Of a DNA stretch of 64,000 bases, positions 48,014 to 57,593 are shown one piece after another. The translations under genes were made by a program, and so were the position numbers. The first letter of the stretch is position 1. Each line of letters begins with the position of its first letter. Source of the stretch: Cenarchaeum sp. (GTDB lineage Archaea > Thermoproteota > Nitrososphaeria > Nitrososphaerales > Nitrosopumilaceae); contig OY843584.1 in NCBI GenBank assembly GCA_963692915.1, forward strand, positions 1,120,001 to 1,184,000, read 5' to 3'. The notes under the pieces were generated by a model. The model saw only the letters and a program-made list of their open reading frames with translations, was not told the origin of the DNA and made no database searches.

Positions 48014-48487
48014 TTAAGCTTTTTGCTTTTTGGGGCCGTCTGCGGCTCCCGCACCCACGTCGTCCTTTGCCGACTCCGCTGGCGCGTCGCCTGAGCCCTC
48101 GCCGGCGCTAGCTCCAGGGCTGTCCCCGGCGGCCTTTGGATCCTCAAGCTTGCCGTCATACAGGCAGTTCACCTGAAAGACCTCCTCAGTTATCTCGCGT
48201 CCGCGCACTAGCTTGCGCACGCGCTGGCCGCGTCGCGCATGCGGAAGGCCAACGCCGCGCGAGAGCATGACATACTTGCGCGAGCCTCCATGGACGTCAC
48301 CGCGCATGGGAACGCCAGACTTGTCGCTGCCCCCTGTTATCGTGATCTTGCCGGCAAGACCGGCGGCGGCCGCATCAAGCTCGGTGCCGATGGCAGCGCC
48401 TATGAGCTGGTTGGCCTCGGCATCCTTTAGCTCGTGAGTCGTGGAGCGTCCCCGCGTGTCCGATATGGCTAGCTTGAATGTCGCCAA
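48014..48487 (-). CDS. rps6e: 30S ribosomal protein S6e
   Basis: FKL.ISD, ITGGSDKSG.PMR.D, RKLVRG. Confidence 0.95.
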   Translation of the reverse strand: MATFKLAISDTRGRSTTHELKDAEANQLIGAAIGTELDAAAAGLAGKITITGGSDKSGVPMRGDVHGGSRKYVMLSRGVGLPHARRGQRVRKLVRGREITEEVFQVNCLYDGKLEDPKAAGDSPGASAGEGSGDAPAESAKDDVGAGAADGPKKQKA

Positions 48488-48552
48488 GTGCGCACGAGGC
48501 ACGTGCCTTGGTTAATTAACCTTGTGAGCGAGTCAGGCCGACGCGCGCACGC

Positions 48553-50733
48553 CTACCCTATCGTGTATGTTGCCAGATCTGAGCTAGCAGAGTCAGCAGC
48601 GCGTATCGTGTACACGCCCGGATACTGGTCACGCGGAACGATCCACTCGCCGCTAAATGCGCCCTCCGCAGTAGAGCGCGCAATTTGTGCAAAGATAATC
48701 TCGCCGTTGTCGTGTGTCACCGTTATGTCCACGGGCTCACCCCCAGCGGCGCCTTCACCACGTATGGTGACTGTCTTGCCAGTCGCTGCCGGAGTCTCGC
48801 TGATCTGCATCTGGATTCCCGAGGTGACCTCGATGACAACGTCAAATGACGTTGTTGCCGACTGTGTCCCGCTGCGCGCCATGAGCGTCCACGTGCCCTG
48901 CTCGGGGCTTGAGCGCACAAAGAATGATCCCGTGAACTTTTTTCCTTCTGTCGTGAACGTCTCGAGCGTTCTTACCTCCTCGCCAGATGGGTTGATCATG
49001 ACAATCTCGACGAGCGACTGGGAATTTTCGCTCACGCCCAAAACCGTGACCAGCTCGCCTGGCGTGTAGAGATCCTTTGTAGTCGAGATCGTCATCGTTC
49101 CAGCATTGTTCTGGAGCCCCACGGTGAACGTGCTCTCAGCCGAGTTGTTCCCATAGTAGGCAATCGCGGCGTATATCCCGCGAGTAAAGTTGGAAAGATC
49201 GAACATTTGCACATAGTTGCCCTCAACGTCAAGGGAGATCTTGATGCGCTTCTCCTCCTGCTTCTTTGCCGGATGCACCATAACGAGCGTCGCGTCTGAC
49301 TCGCTGCGTCCTGACACCGATATCGTCGCCGTCTCGCCGAATGCATAGTTGAGCTTGTCCATCTTTACGATAAACGGAATCTCAGGCCTCGCACCCAGGC
49401 CCACATATGAGAACGCCTCCTCGATTCCCTGCGAGAGGAGCATGACGTATGTCCCTTTGGAGTATTGTGTCTCCGTTGAAATCTCAAAGGCCACGCTGCC
49501 CGAGTCATCCACGACGATAATGTCCTCATAGACTGAGGTTCCCTGCGGGTTCTCGAGGATCACTGCAAGGTCGAGGTTTGGCTGTGCCGTGCCCCTAAAC
49601 TCGAGCGTATCGCCAGGGTTGTACATGAACTTGCGCGGCTGTATGCTTATTGGCAGGCCCGATTCGAGATCCCAGCTCTGGCTGACCGTCGAGCTTCCGT
49701 CGTATATGACTGCAGTGTAGCGCCCTGGACTCCAGCTTGACTGCGTGTTGATGGTGCGCGACCACGTGCCTTCAGGGCCGACCTGGAGCGTATTGACCGA
49801 TATCGCATAGTCAAGCGGGTGCTTTAGCGTCACAAGGAGCGATGTGCCGGGCTGAGCCGTGCCGGACAGGTTCACCTCCTTGCCACCGAGGATCATCTGC
49901 GCGACGTCGGCGGCGGTGAGCGGTTGCTCGATGCTGTCGTTTATGACCGTGACTGCCCCGACTGACCGCTCGCGAGGCTCGTCGATCCGCACGGGCTTTT
50001 GCAACGTGTTGCCCATGTCATCAGACAGCGCAAAGTCAACCCTGGTCGCCGGTGCGGTAAGCGGCACTGTTGTCGTGTACACAAACCGGCCCGACTCACC
50101 GGTCTCTATGGAGCCGAGGTCAGTCGAGCCGAGCGAGAGCGAGAGCGTGCTGTTGGCCCCAAAGCCGTCACCGACGACTCGTATCGCTGAGCCCTGGTGT
50201 GGTCCACTTGGAATCACCCTAAACTGCGACGTGCCGTCGATTATGCCGGCCGGCAGCGCATCCGGGACATCCGGAGCGCCGGGCCCCTCGCCTGTCCCAT
50301 TGTCATCACCGGCCCCTGGTGGCGGTGGAGGCGGAGGCGCCTGGCCTGGCGCGACCTTGCCCTGGTCAAGCGTGTTGCCGGCCGCGTCTAGGGCGCGCCA
50401 GTTTATCCCATCGGCTGCAGCAGATGTCTCGACGCCAAACTGAGCAGACTCGCCGGCCATCGGCGTCACTGATGCTCTAAACGAGAGGAGCGCCTCGGCC
50501 TGGCGCGAGCCAGTCCAGCCGGCGCCAGTCTTGAAGGACTCAAAGGAGTTCCCTGCGGCAAGCCACATGTCGACTGAGGCGACTGGCACGCTGCCCGAGT
50601 TTACCATCGTGATGATTACCGTGTTGCCAAGGGAGTGCCCCGTCACTGACACGCCTGCGTCCTGCGCGAGCGCTGATCCGCCGACCATCGCAATGGCCAC
50701 AATGAGCGTGCCAAGTACTGCCCCATGCCGCAT
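48553..50733 (-). CDS. Secreted multi-beta-sandwich surface protein
   Basis: Signal peptide, Pro-rich linker, repeated D/TK..Y..GE.V.(I/V).G Ig-like modules. Confidence 0.85.
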   Translation of the reverse strand: MRHGAVLGTLIVAIAMVGGSALAQDAGVSVTGHSLGNTVIITMVNSGSVPVASVDMWLAAGNSFESFKTGAGWTGSRQAEALLSFRASVTPMAGESAQFGVETSAAADGINWRALDAAGNTLDQGKVAPGQAPPPPPPPGAGDDNGTGEGPGAPDVPDALPAGIIDGTSQFRVIPSGPHQGSAIRVVGDGFGANSTLSLSLGSTDLGSIETGESGRFVYTTTVPLTAPATRVDFALSDDMGNTLQKPVRIDEPRERSVGAVTVINDSIEQPLTAADVAQMILGGKEVNLSGTAQPGTSLLVTLKHPLDYAISVNTLQVGPEGTWSRTINTQSSWSPGRYTAVIYDGSSTVSQSWDLESGLPISIQPRKFMYNPGDTLEFRGTAQPNLDLAVILENPQGTSVYEDIIVVDDSGSVAFEISTETQYSKGTYVMLLSQGIEEAFSYVGLGARPEIPFIVKMDKLNYAFGETATISVSGRSESDATLVMVHPAKKQEEKRIKISLDVEGNYVQMFDLSNFTRGIYAAIAYYGNNSAESTFTVGLQNNAGTMTISTTKDLYTPGELVTVLGVSENSQSLVEIVMINPSGEEVRTLETFTTEGKKFTGSFFVRSSPEQGTWTLMARSGTQSATTSFDVVIEVTSGIQMQISETPAATGKTVTIRGEGAAGGEPVDITVTHDNGEIIFAQIARSTAEGAFSGEWIVPRDQYPGVYTIRAADSASSDLATYTIG

Positions 50734-50784
50734 GCGCGCCGTCTGGCGCGCCTCTAAATTAACCATGCTCCCACGGCGTGCGCA

Positions 50785-52869
50785 TCACACGCCGATCCTG
50801 TCGAGCTCGCCGCGCGCGGCAATGTTTTCGTACTGGCGTATCCTCTCGGCTATGAGCCTGTAGAGGGACCGAAAGTTGTCACGTGTCTTGTCTGACAAAA
50901 AGTCGGCCTCGTCGAGCGCAATCTTTTCGCAGATATAGCGCGTGATCTCCTCGTTCTCAAAGGTGCCCCAGTTGTCCTCCCTGTGATCCTCCCAGATCGA
51001 GTGGAGGCTCTCAATCATCCCATCCTTGCTGCGTGCGGCAATGTCCTCTGGTGTCAGGTTGCCGTACCCCTCTGAGCGCAGCTTTATCTCGTATGTCTGG
51101 TTTACCGCATGGAGATAGTCTTCAGTTGTCATATAGTCCTCTATTGAACGCATCGTGCCGCCCTCGCGCTCGAAGAATATCATCTGGACCTGCGAGAACT
51201 TGTTGGCCACGAGCTGCGAGGAGATCTGCTTTGACTCGTCGCTGTTGTCAAGGAGGACAAACGTCCTGTACCCATGGTTCTTGTAAAAGACGGCTAGCGG
51301 CATGACAGAGTTCTTGTTGAACGCAGCAACTATGTTGAGCGGGTTCATCGATATGTTCGGATCCTTGAGAAACTTGTCAAACGCGTTGAGGTACATGCAA
51401 TCAGACATCGTCTCGACGATGATGACAGGCCTCGAGTTGGTCCCTATCTCCCTGTCTACTATCGAGTCGACGAGCCCCCGCGAGAGGCCATAGAGTATGG
51501 GCGTGAGCGTGTTGTCATCGGCGTTCCAGTAGTCATAGAATATACGGCTCAGGTGCTTGCGCTTGTCGAGCTCAACGACTAGGAGGTTGCCCGGCGTGTA
51601 GTCAAATATCATGAACGGCGAGTGCGTCGCGTAGAGGACCTGGTTTGAGCCCGCAAGCGACTTGAGGAGGTCAGATATCCCGCGCTGCTGCGTGGGGTGC
51701 AGGTTGCGCGCCGGCTCGTCTAGGAGGAGTATGGCCTCCTTTAGCTCGGCCCGCTGGGTCTCGGCGGCAAAGTTGACGATAAACGAGAACGTCCACTTGA
51801 ATCCCTCGGCGCGCCTGTTGAGGAGTCCCGTGTTGGTGACTGTGCCGTCACGGTGAATGTCAGAGATCACGACGCTGATGATGTTGCCCGGCTGGTAGCG
51901 CAGGTCCACGCGTATTGGGTCGCCGCGCCATGCGGGGTTTAGCCTCTCGGTCAGGCGGTTGCTCGCAGTTGTCAGGAACTTTATGACCTTGGAGGGGCTG
52001 TCGCGCATGTCGTCAAGCTCCTCTATCGCAAGCTCAGAAAGGTAAAAGAGGTTTCGCACAGTCTCGGCCTTGTCAAACTCCTCGACATACTCTATTCCCG
52101 AGCGCGCCTGTGGATCCTTGATCTTTGTGTACTCGTTGAGGTCAATGTTGCCGTATATCTTTTTGTAGTCAGAAAAGTAGACAAAGCGCGGATGGAGCTC
52201 GCTGGCGATAAAGTTCTTTAGCGCCTCCAGGTCCGACGTGCCGCTCAGCAGGCTAGAGAACTGGTTCTCAGGACTCGAGTAGAGCTTGTCCCACTCTGCA
52301 ACGACGCGCGATTCGTCGCTTGAGAGCATATGAAAACGGTTGCTGAATTCGGCCATGAGCGTGTCAAACTCGGCCTGGGTTCGCGGCGGCGCGCGCGAGA
52401 ACGCCGACGTGTCAAGCTGTATGCGAATGTGATTTGGTATCGTGTCGAGGAACGCCATTATTTTGCCGATAAAGTTCTCCCATGAGTTGAGAGCCTTGTT
52501 CTCCGTGTCGCTTATCTCAAGATCCCCAAAGTCGTACTGAACCCCGTCGCTCTTGTTGGTCCGGTACACGCGGACGCGCTCTATCTCGCGAATTGCGGGG
52601 AACATCTCCCTGATCATTATGGTTTCCTTGGCACTTAGCTCAAACTCGCCCTCGGCGAGCGTGACTTCGGACTTTAGCTCCTCGGACATCTCGTCGCACA
52701 GGTCAAGCTCGGAGACCTTCTCGTCCCTGTTGAGGAGCGTGAGGGCCTGCAGGATCGTCGTCTTGCCGCTCTCGTTGCGACCCACAAAGGCGGCGAGGTC
52801 ACCGACATTGATCTCCCCAGAATCGTGTATGCAGCGATACGCCCTGACTCGGAACTTGCGGAGCCTCAT
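50785..52869 (-). CDS. OLD-family-like ABC ATPase with C-terminal TOPRIM-like region
   Basis: GRNESGKTT, LLLDEP, ATHSP, VE...D motif. Confidence 0.88.
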   Translation of the reverse strand: MRLRKFRVRAYRCIHDSGEINVGDLAAFVGRNESGKTTILQALTLLNRDEKVSELDLCDEMSEELKSEVTLAEGEFELSAKETIMIREMFPAIREIERVRVYRTNKSDGVQYDFGDLEISDTENKALNSWENFIGKIMAFLDTIPNHIRIQLDTSAFSRAPPRTQAEFDTLMAEFSNRFHMLSSDESRVVAEWDKLYSSPENQFSSLLSGTSDLEALKNFIASELHPRFVYFSDYKKIYGNIDLNEYTKIKDPQARSGIEYVEEFDKAETVRNLFYLSELAIEELDDMRDSPSKVIKFLTTASNRLTERLNPAWRGDPIRVDLRYQPGNIISVVISDIHRDGTVTNTGLLNRRAEGFKWTFSFIVNFAAETQRAELKEAILLLDEPARNLHPTQQRGISDLLKSLAGSNQVLYATHSPFMIFDYTPGNLLVVELDKRKHLSRIFYDYWNADDNTLTPILYGLSRGLVDSIVDREIGTNSRPVIIVETMSDCMYLNAFDKFLKDPNISMNPLNIVAAFNKNSVMPLAVFYKNHGYRTFVLLDNSDESKQISSQLVANKFSQVQMIFFEREGGTMRSIEDYMTTEDYLHAVNQTYEIKLRSEGYGNLTPEDIAARSKDGMIESLHSIWEDHREDNWGTFENEEITRYICEKIALDEADFLSDKTRDNFRSLYRLIAERIRQYENIAARGELDRIGV

Positions 52870-52971
52870 TTGGGACACCCTTGCGCAACGCGTGATTTAA
52901 CCCGTTGGTCATATTTGGCTACATTATGGCGTAAATTTTGTTAAATAGATATAAGGGAAACTTGGCGAGGC

Positions 52972-53421
52972 GTGCCTAGAATCATGGCCTCACGCGTCAG
53001 CGCCACGCTCGTCTTTATCCTCCCTGCAGTCGCCTCAGTTGCCCTCGGCGGCGTGGTCATGGCCCAGATTCTCCAGGAACCCGGTCGCGGGGGCACAGAT
53101 GCCTCTGAGCACGTCACGATAGTGGGTCTCGAGGACGCATACGTGGCGCCGGTGGCCGTGAGTGCCCACGTGCATGTAACGCACAACGCTTTTGACTGCG
53201 GCGACCTAGACATCAGGGTCAGCGAACGCCAGACGGGGAGGATAGTGGGCAACAGCGGGTTCTTTGGACAGTGCTTTGCGAGCACCAACACGATGATACC
53301 CGTCGACGGGGCATTCTCCATAAATGTCGCCGAGGCCGGAACGTACGAGATGACAGCCACCATCAGGGATGCGCAGGGAAGAAACAGCGCTAGCACAACA
53401 GGGGTGTTTACGGTAAGCTGA
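52972..53421 (+). CDS. Membrane-anchored hypothetical protein
   Basis: N-terminal hydrophobic helix, beta-rich domain with two Cys. Confidence 0.75.
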   Translation: MPRIMASRVSATLVFILPAVASVALGGVVMAQILQEPGRGGTDASEHVTIVGLEDAYVAPVAVSAHVHVTHNAFDCGDLDIRVSERQTGRIVGNSGFFGQCFASTNTMIPVDGAFSINVAEAGTYEMTATIRDAQGRNSASTTGVFTVS

Positions 53422-53447
53422 CCGGCATGGCAGGCGTGGTGGAATAA

Positions 53448-53597
53448 GTGGCCAGGGAGACCAAGGCCGAGCGCATCAAGAGGGCAAAGGCCGAGCTCGA
53501 GTCACTAGAGGAGAAGAAGCGCGTCCTTGAGGAGACAAGGCACAGGACAAGCAAGCAGAGGGTCGCAGAATCACACGCCGGAGACAGTGCAGAGTAG
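53448..53597 (+). CDS. 49-aa charged helical microprotein resembling the N-terminus of the next gene
   Basis: MARETKAERIKRAKAELESLEEKKRVLEETRHRTSKQRVAESHAGDSAE*. Confidence 0.5.
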   Translation: MARETKAERIKRAKAELESLEEKKRVLEETRHRTSKQRVAESHAGDSAE

Positions 53598-53598
53598 G

Positions 53599-54423
53599 AT
53601 GGCAAACAGGGGCACACTGCCATTAGATCGCGAGACGGAGCTGAGAGAAAAGATGAACGAGCTCGAGATGCTAAAGGAGAAAAAGCGCATACTTGACAAG
53701 AATGACCAAGCCCGCACGGCAAGCAGTGGAACGCATGTCAAAAAGGCCACAAAGAAAAAGGCAAAGGCCAAGCCAAAGGCGGCAAAAAATGCTCCTGTGA
53801 AAAAGTCGCCAGTGGCCAAAAAGGTGCCAAAGAAAAAAGCCGTGCCAAAAAAGCCAAAGGCGCCAGTCAAAAAGTCCCCCGTGAAAAAGGCCACAAAGAA
53901 AAAAGAGGCGGCAAAAAAGCCAAAGGCGGCCAAGCGAGACGACAAGCCAAAGCGAACAAGGCGAAGGTCACGCATGGAGCCGATCGAGCTAACAGATGAG
54001 GAGCAGATTGAGGACGCCATAACTGACGAGGAGATTGCAAACTTTCAGGTCGGCAAGGCAAACATGGAGCAGCTAATCAACAAGGTGTGTGAGATACTCT
54101 CAGGCGGACCTTCAGGCGGGACGCTCCAGTCTGACGTGTGGAGACGCCTAAAGCTCACGCTGAGCGACGGGTTTAGGCTGGCCCTAAAGCTCGAGTGGCT
54201 TGGCCTCATAACGCGCGAGAAGGTTCTCGAGAACGGCAGATGGACGTACAGGCTCATACTAAAGAGGACGCCAATTAGCACTCGGTCAATAGTCGACGCG
54301 CCATGCCTAACATGCAAGGTCGAGCAGAAATGCACGCCAGAGGGAGAGGTCAGCCCGCACACGTGTGACCTCATCAGGGACTGGGTCATCGCCGAGTCAA
54401 AGAGGTCACGCAGGAGGGGATGA
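53599..54423 (+). CDS. TFEbeta/RPC34-like wHTH + Fe-S cluster protein with Lys/Pro/Ala-rich N-terminal extension
   Basis: LQSD.W..L.L...G.RL..KLE..G.I.RE wHTH; C-terminal PCxxCxxxxxC....P..C..W. Confidence 0.85.
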   Translation: MANRGTLPLDRETELREKMNELEMLKEKKRILDKNDQARTASSGTHVKKATKKKAKAKPKAAKNAPVKKSPVAKKVPKKKAVPKKPKAPVKKSPVKKATKKKEAAKKPKAAKRDDKPKRTRRRSRMEPIELTDEEQIEDAITDEEIANFQVGKANMEQLINKVCEILSGGPSGGTLQSDVWRRLKLTLSDGFRLALKLEWLGLITREKVLENGRWTYRLILKRTPISTRSIVDAPCLTCKVEQKCTPEGEVSPHTCDLIRDWVIAESKRSRRRG

Positions 54424-55013
54424 GACCCCACGAGGCGCGACGCGACGCTTACAGGCGGCTTGCGCGCGAGCAGGGGTACCGCAGCCGCTCGGCATACAAG
54501 CTAAAGGAGCTCAACAAGGCGTACAGGGTGATCGGGGCAGGCTTTGGCGTCCTAGATGTCGGTTGCGCGCCGGGTGGCTGGACGCAAGTCGCCGTGCAGC
54601 TCGCCGGCAACCGCGGGCGCGTCATGGGAATCGACAAGTCGCACACCGAGGAGGTTCCCGGAGCACACGTCTGCAGGCGCGACGTCGCAGACGACGGGAT
54701 CGCCGAGGAGGTTCTCGCTCACTTTGGGCAAAAGATCAACGCGATGGTCTGCGACCTCTCCCCGCAGGTGAGCGGCAACTGGGCAGTCGACCATGCCAGG
54801 CAGGTCGCGCTCAACTATGATGCTGTGCGCATACTAGGCCGCGTCCTGGACAGAAAGGGCAACGCGGTGTTCAAGGTGTTCGATGGTGAATACTCGGCAG
54901 AGTTTTGCACATACATGAAAAAGAGATTTGCGCGCACAAAGATTACAAAGCCAATGGCAAGCCGAAAGACGAGCAGCGAGACGTATATCGTGTGCCTCGG
55001 GTACCTCCACTAG
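54420..55013 (+). CDS. rlmE: 23S rRNA 2'-O-methyltransferase RlmE/FtsJ
   Basis: YRSRSAYKL, D.GCAPGGW, K-D-K-E tetrad. Confidence 0.95.
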   Translation: MRPHEARRDAYRRLAREQGYRSRSAYKLKELNKAYRVIGAGFGVLDVGCAPGGWTQVAVQLAGNRGRVMGIDKSHTEEVPGAHVCRRDVADDGIAEEVLAHFGQKINAMVCDLSPQVSGNWAVDHARQVALNYDAVRILGRVLDRKGNAVFKVFDGEYSAEFCTYMKKRFARTKITKPMASRKTSSETYIVCLGYLH

Positions 55014-56185
55014 AGCAGAGCGAGTATCTCAGGCATCGTCGCATCAGTCCGAAACCCTGTCGTGTCAAGCGATGTTGGCGATGCAGAGTGGCCCGCGCGG
55101 CCCAACATCTCTATAATCCTCTCTAGGCGCGGCGGCGACCGGCGTGCGCGCGAGGCGATCTCGTCTATCGTGTAATAGCATGGCGGCATGGCCGACTCGG
55201 CAGCAGCCCGCTCCATTATGCGCGCGCATGACCGGTCGACTGTGTGCGTGGCGCACTCGGCGAGCATTGCAGACGAAAACTCTGCGTCAAACATCGGTCC
55301 TGTCCAGAGCGGGCCGGCCACGTGTGGCGCAGCGCCACACTCACACTGGCCGTGGCCTTCGAGTACGCCACGCCTGCCGCACGCGTCACAGTGGAATATT
55401 CGCCCGTGCGCCTCGCGCGTGTCAGGGCGGTTTGCGGCCTCGAGGTAGACCCTGTAATAGTGCATGTCGCTCTCGCAAAAGATCGGCGTGAGCGTCATGT
55501 CGAGTCGCGCCGCCACTGCCATGGCGCATCCGGCGATCAGGCGCAGAGCCGTCTCGCGCGCATGCGGCGTGCGGCGTATGGGCACCCCACCGTAGCGGCG
55601 CGCGCACGCGGCCGGAAAGAGTCCATGAAGAACCTGCAGGTCCGTGGCCGTCAGCGAGAGCATGCCGCCGTGCGCAGTTGCCCTGATCGCGCAGTCAAGG
55701 TATCGCGCCGGCGAGCCAAACGGGTCAACGTCTACGACGAGTCCGCGCATGCCCTTCCTAGCGCGCGCCGAGAGAAAACGGCACGCCTCGTCCTCAGACG
55801 TCTCTACGCGCTCCGAGCAGTCGTTGAGGGCTGCCGAGCGGGTGGCGAGGTCTAGCGCAACGGGGTTTAGATCGTTGAGCATTACATGGATCGAAGGGTC
55901 AGCCTCGTTGGCAAGCCGAACGCCGCGCGCGCCGACTCCGGCAAGACCCTCGAGGACAAGAAGCTCGCCTGCGTGCGACCTCGCGCGCGCAGCGCACGCG
56001 AGAACCGAGATGTCGCGGTTTAGGCGCGCGCGCGGGTTGTAGAACGCCGGCTCGTGCGGCGGCGAGGCAGCCGAGAGCGACTCGCGCGGAACGAGGAGGC
56101 GCGTCGTGCCCTCGACAGTCTCGGTCATCTCGGCAGTCTCGGTCATCTCGGCAGTCTCTGTGTCGCCCAACGGCATCGCACCCAT
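55010..56185 (-). CDS. trm1: tRNA (guanine-26) N2,N2-dimethyltransferase
   Basis: FYNP....NRD, DVDPFGSP, TATD, GPLW.G. Confidence 0.95.
   Translation of the reverse strand: MGAMPLGDTETAEMTETAEMTETVEGTTRLLVPRESLSAASPPHEPAFYNPRARLNRDISVLACAARARSHAGELLVLEGLAGVGARGVRLANEADPSIHVMLNDLNPVALDLATRSAALNDCSERVETSEDEACRFLSARARKGMRGLVVDVDPFGSPARYLDCAIRATAHGGMLSLTATDLQVLHGLFPAACARRYGGVPIRRTPHARETALRLIAGCAMAVAARLDMTLTPIFCESDMHYYRVYLEAANRPDTREAHGRIFHCDACGRRGVLEGHGQCECGAAPHVAGPLWTGPMFDAEFSSAMLAECATHTVDRSCARIMERAAAESAMPPCYYTIDEIASRARRSPPRLERIIEMLGRAGHSASPTSLDTTGFRTDATMPEILALL
56118..56158. repeat. 18-bp in-frame tandem repeat in the trm1 5' end (ETAEMT units)
   Basis: gtctcggtcatctcggca repeated about 2.3 times. 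Confidence 0.85.
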
Positions 56186-56296
56186 ACGGGGCGTGTCTTA
56201 AGCATTGTATGGCCCGCGCGTGTGGCGCACGCGCGACGTGGCAGAGCGCGCACGAGTCCCATATGGCTTTATACGGAGATCTCTGGCGTGCGCGCG

Positions 56297-57025
56297 ATGC
56301 TCGTGTGCGGTGTTGATGACGCCGGCCGTGGCCCTGTAATGGGTCCACTAGTGATAGCCGGAGTCACGATCGAAAAACGACACCTCCCGCGACTGTCACG
56401 CCTCGGCGTGCGCGACTCCAAGGAGCTCACTCCGGCGCGGCGCGAAGAGCTGTATGACGAGATCGTGGACGTGGCCGTCGATCACCATGTCTCGCGCATA
56501 CAACCACGCACGATAGACAAGCACGTCAAGCGCCACGAGCTCAACCTTGTTGAGGCGATCCACATGGCGCGCGTCATATCAGGGCTAATGCCACACACGG
56601 CATACGTCGACGCGTGTGACGTCGATGCCAAAAGGTTTGGCAAGATGGTCTCAAGCCTTCTAAAAGATGGCTGTGCCGCAAGAGTAAGACCATATCACAG
56701 GGCAGACAAGAGATTTCCCATAGTGTCAGCCGCGTCGATCATCGCAAAGGTCGAGCGTGATCGCGCAGTCGCAAGGATTCGCAAGATCCACAGCATCGGC
56801 AGCGGTTACCCCGCAGACCCCGCATGCGTCAGGTTCCTAAAGCGACACGCGAGGAAAAACGACGCGCCGCCAAGGTTTGCGCGCGCCACATGGATGACGG
56901 TTCGTCGCATATACGGGCTCAGCGAGCCTGAGCCACGGCGAGCGCGTGGTCGCGGTCATAGGGCTCAAGTCCCATTGATTGGAGCACGTCAAGCTCGCCG
57001 GAAACCTTTGCAAGCTCGTCGCTGA
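56297..57025 (+). CDS. rnhB: Ribonuclease HII
   Basis: GVDDAGRGP, VRDSK.L, VSAASIIAKV.RD, GSGYP.D. Confidence 0.95.
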   Translation: MLVCGVDDAGRGPVMGPLVIAGVTIEKRHLPRLSRLGVRDSKELTPARREELYDEIVDVAVDHHVSRIQPRTIDKHVKRHELNLVEAIHMARVISGLMPHTAYVDACDVDAKRFGKMVSSLLKDGCAARVRPYHRADKRFPIVSAASIIAKVERDRAVARIRKIHSIGSGYPADPACVRFLKRHARKNDAPPRFARATWMTVRRIYGLSEPEPRRARGRGHRAQVPLIGARQARRKPLQARR

Positions 57026-57593
57026 TCACCGACGCCGGTGTGCGTGTCACGTCAATGCTGCGCGCCTTTATGACAAGGATGAGCCAGCCGTGATCGCGCA
57101 GGTGTGCGCGGCAGTTGGCCAGGGCAATCTCGGTCTGGTCAGGCTGTGCGATATCCGAGTACACGACATCAACCTTGCCATAGACTGAAAAGTACTCTCG
57201 TGGTTGGCGTGCATCCTGCATCACTGGTGTGACGTTTGTGCGGTGCGAGGCGACGCGGTCGAGGAGCTCGCGCGCGACGCGGCTGGCGTGCTCGACGGCG
57301 AACACGCGGCCAGTGGCGCCCACAATGTCCGAGACGTGGCTGACCGTCGTGCCCGTTGAGGCTCCAAGGTACAGGACAGACGAGCCGCGCACGATCGGAA
57401 CCGGCTCAAGGCCCTTTAGTATCGCCGCGGCGAGCTTGCTGCGGTGCGGATCCCACACGCGCCATTCAGTCTCCCCGCGCAGCACGAGATCCTCCCCATA
57501 GACGCGCCTGCCGCGCGCGAGGTTTGGCGTCGCGAGGCGGCGCTGGCCGTCATGCTCTATTGTCGCGTGAGCCTCGTCTGTCCTTTTTGTCAA
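56919..57593 (-). CDS. flpA: Fibrillarin-like rRNA/tRNA 2'-O-methyltransferase
   Basis: VYGE, W.P.RSKLAA, LYLGASTGTTVSH, DIAQPDQ; start inferred. Confidence 0.95.
   Translation of the reverse strand: MTKRTDEAHATIEHDGQRRLATPNLARGRRVYGEDLVLRGETEWRVWDPHRSKLAAAILKGLEPVPIVRGSSVLYLGASTGTTVSHVSDIVGATGRVFAVEHASRVARELLDRVASHRTNVTPVMQDARQPREYFSVYGKVDVVYSDIAQPDQTEIALANCRAHLRDHGWLILVIKARSIDVTRTPASVISDELAKVSGELDVLQSMGLEPYDRDHALAVAQAR

Noticed and set aside
50785-52869. OLD ATPase as part of a Gabija or retron defence system
   Set aside because: No partner helicase or RT nearby; core-type codon usage and context suggest a housekeeping gene.
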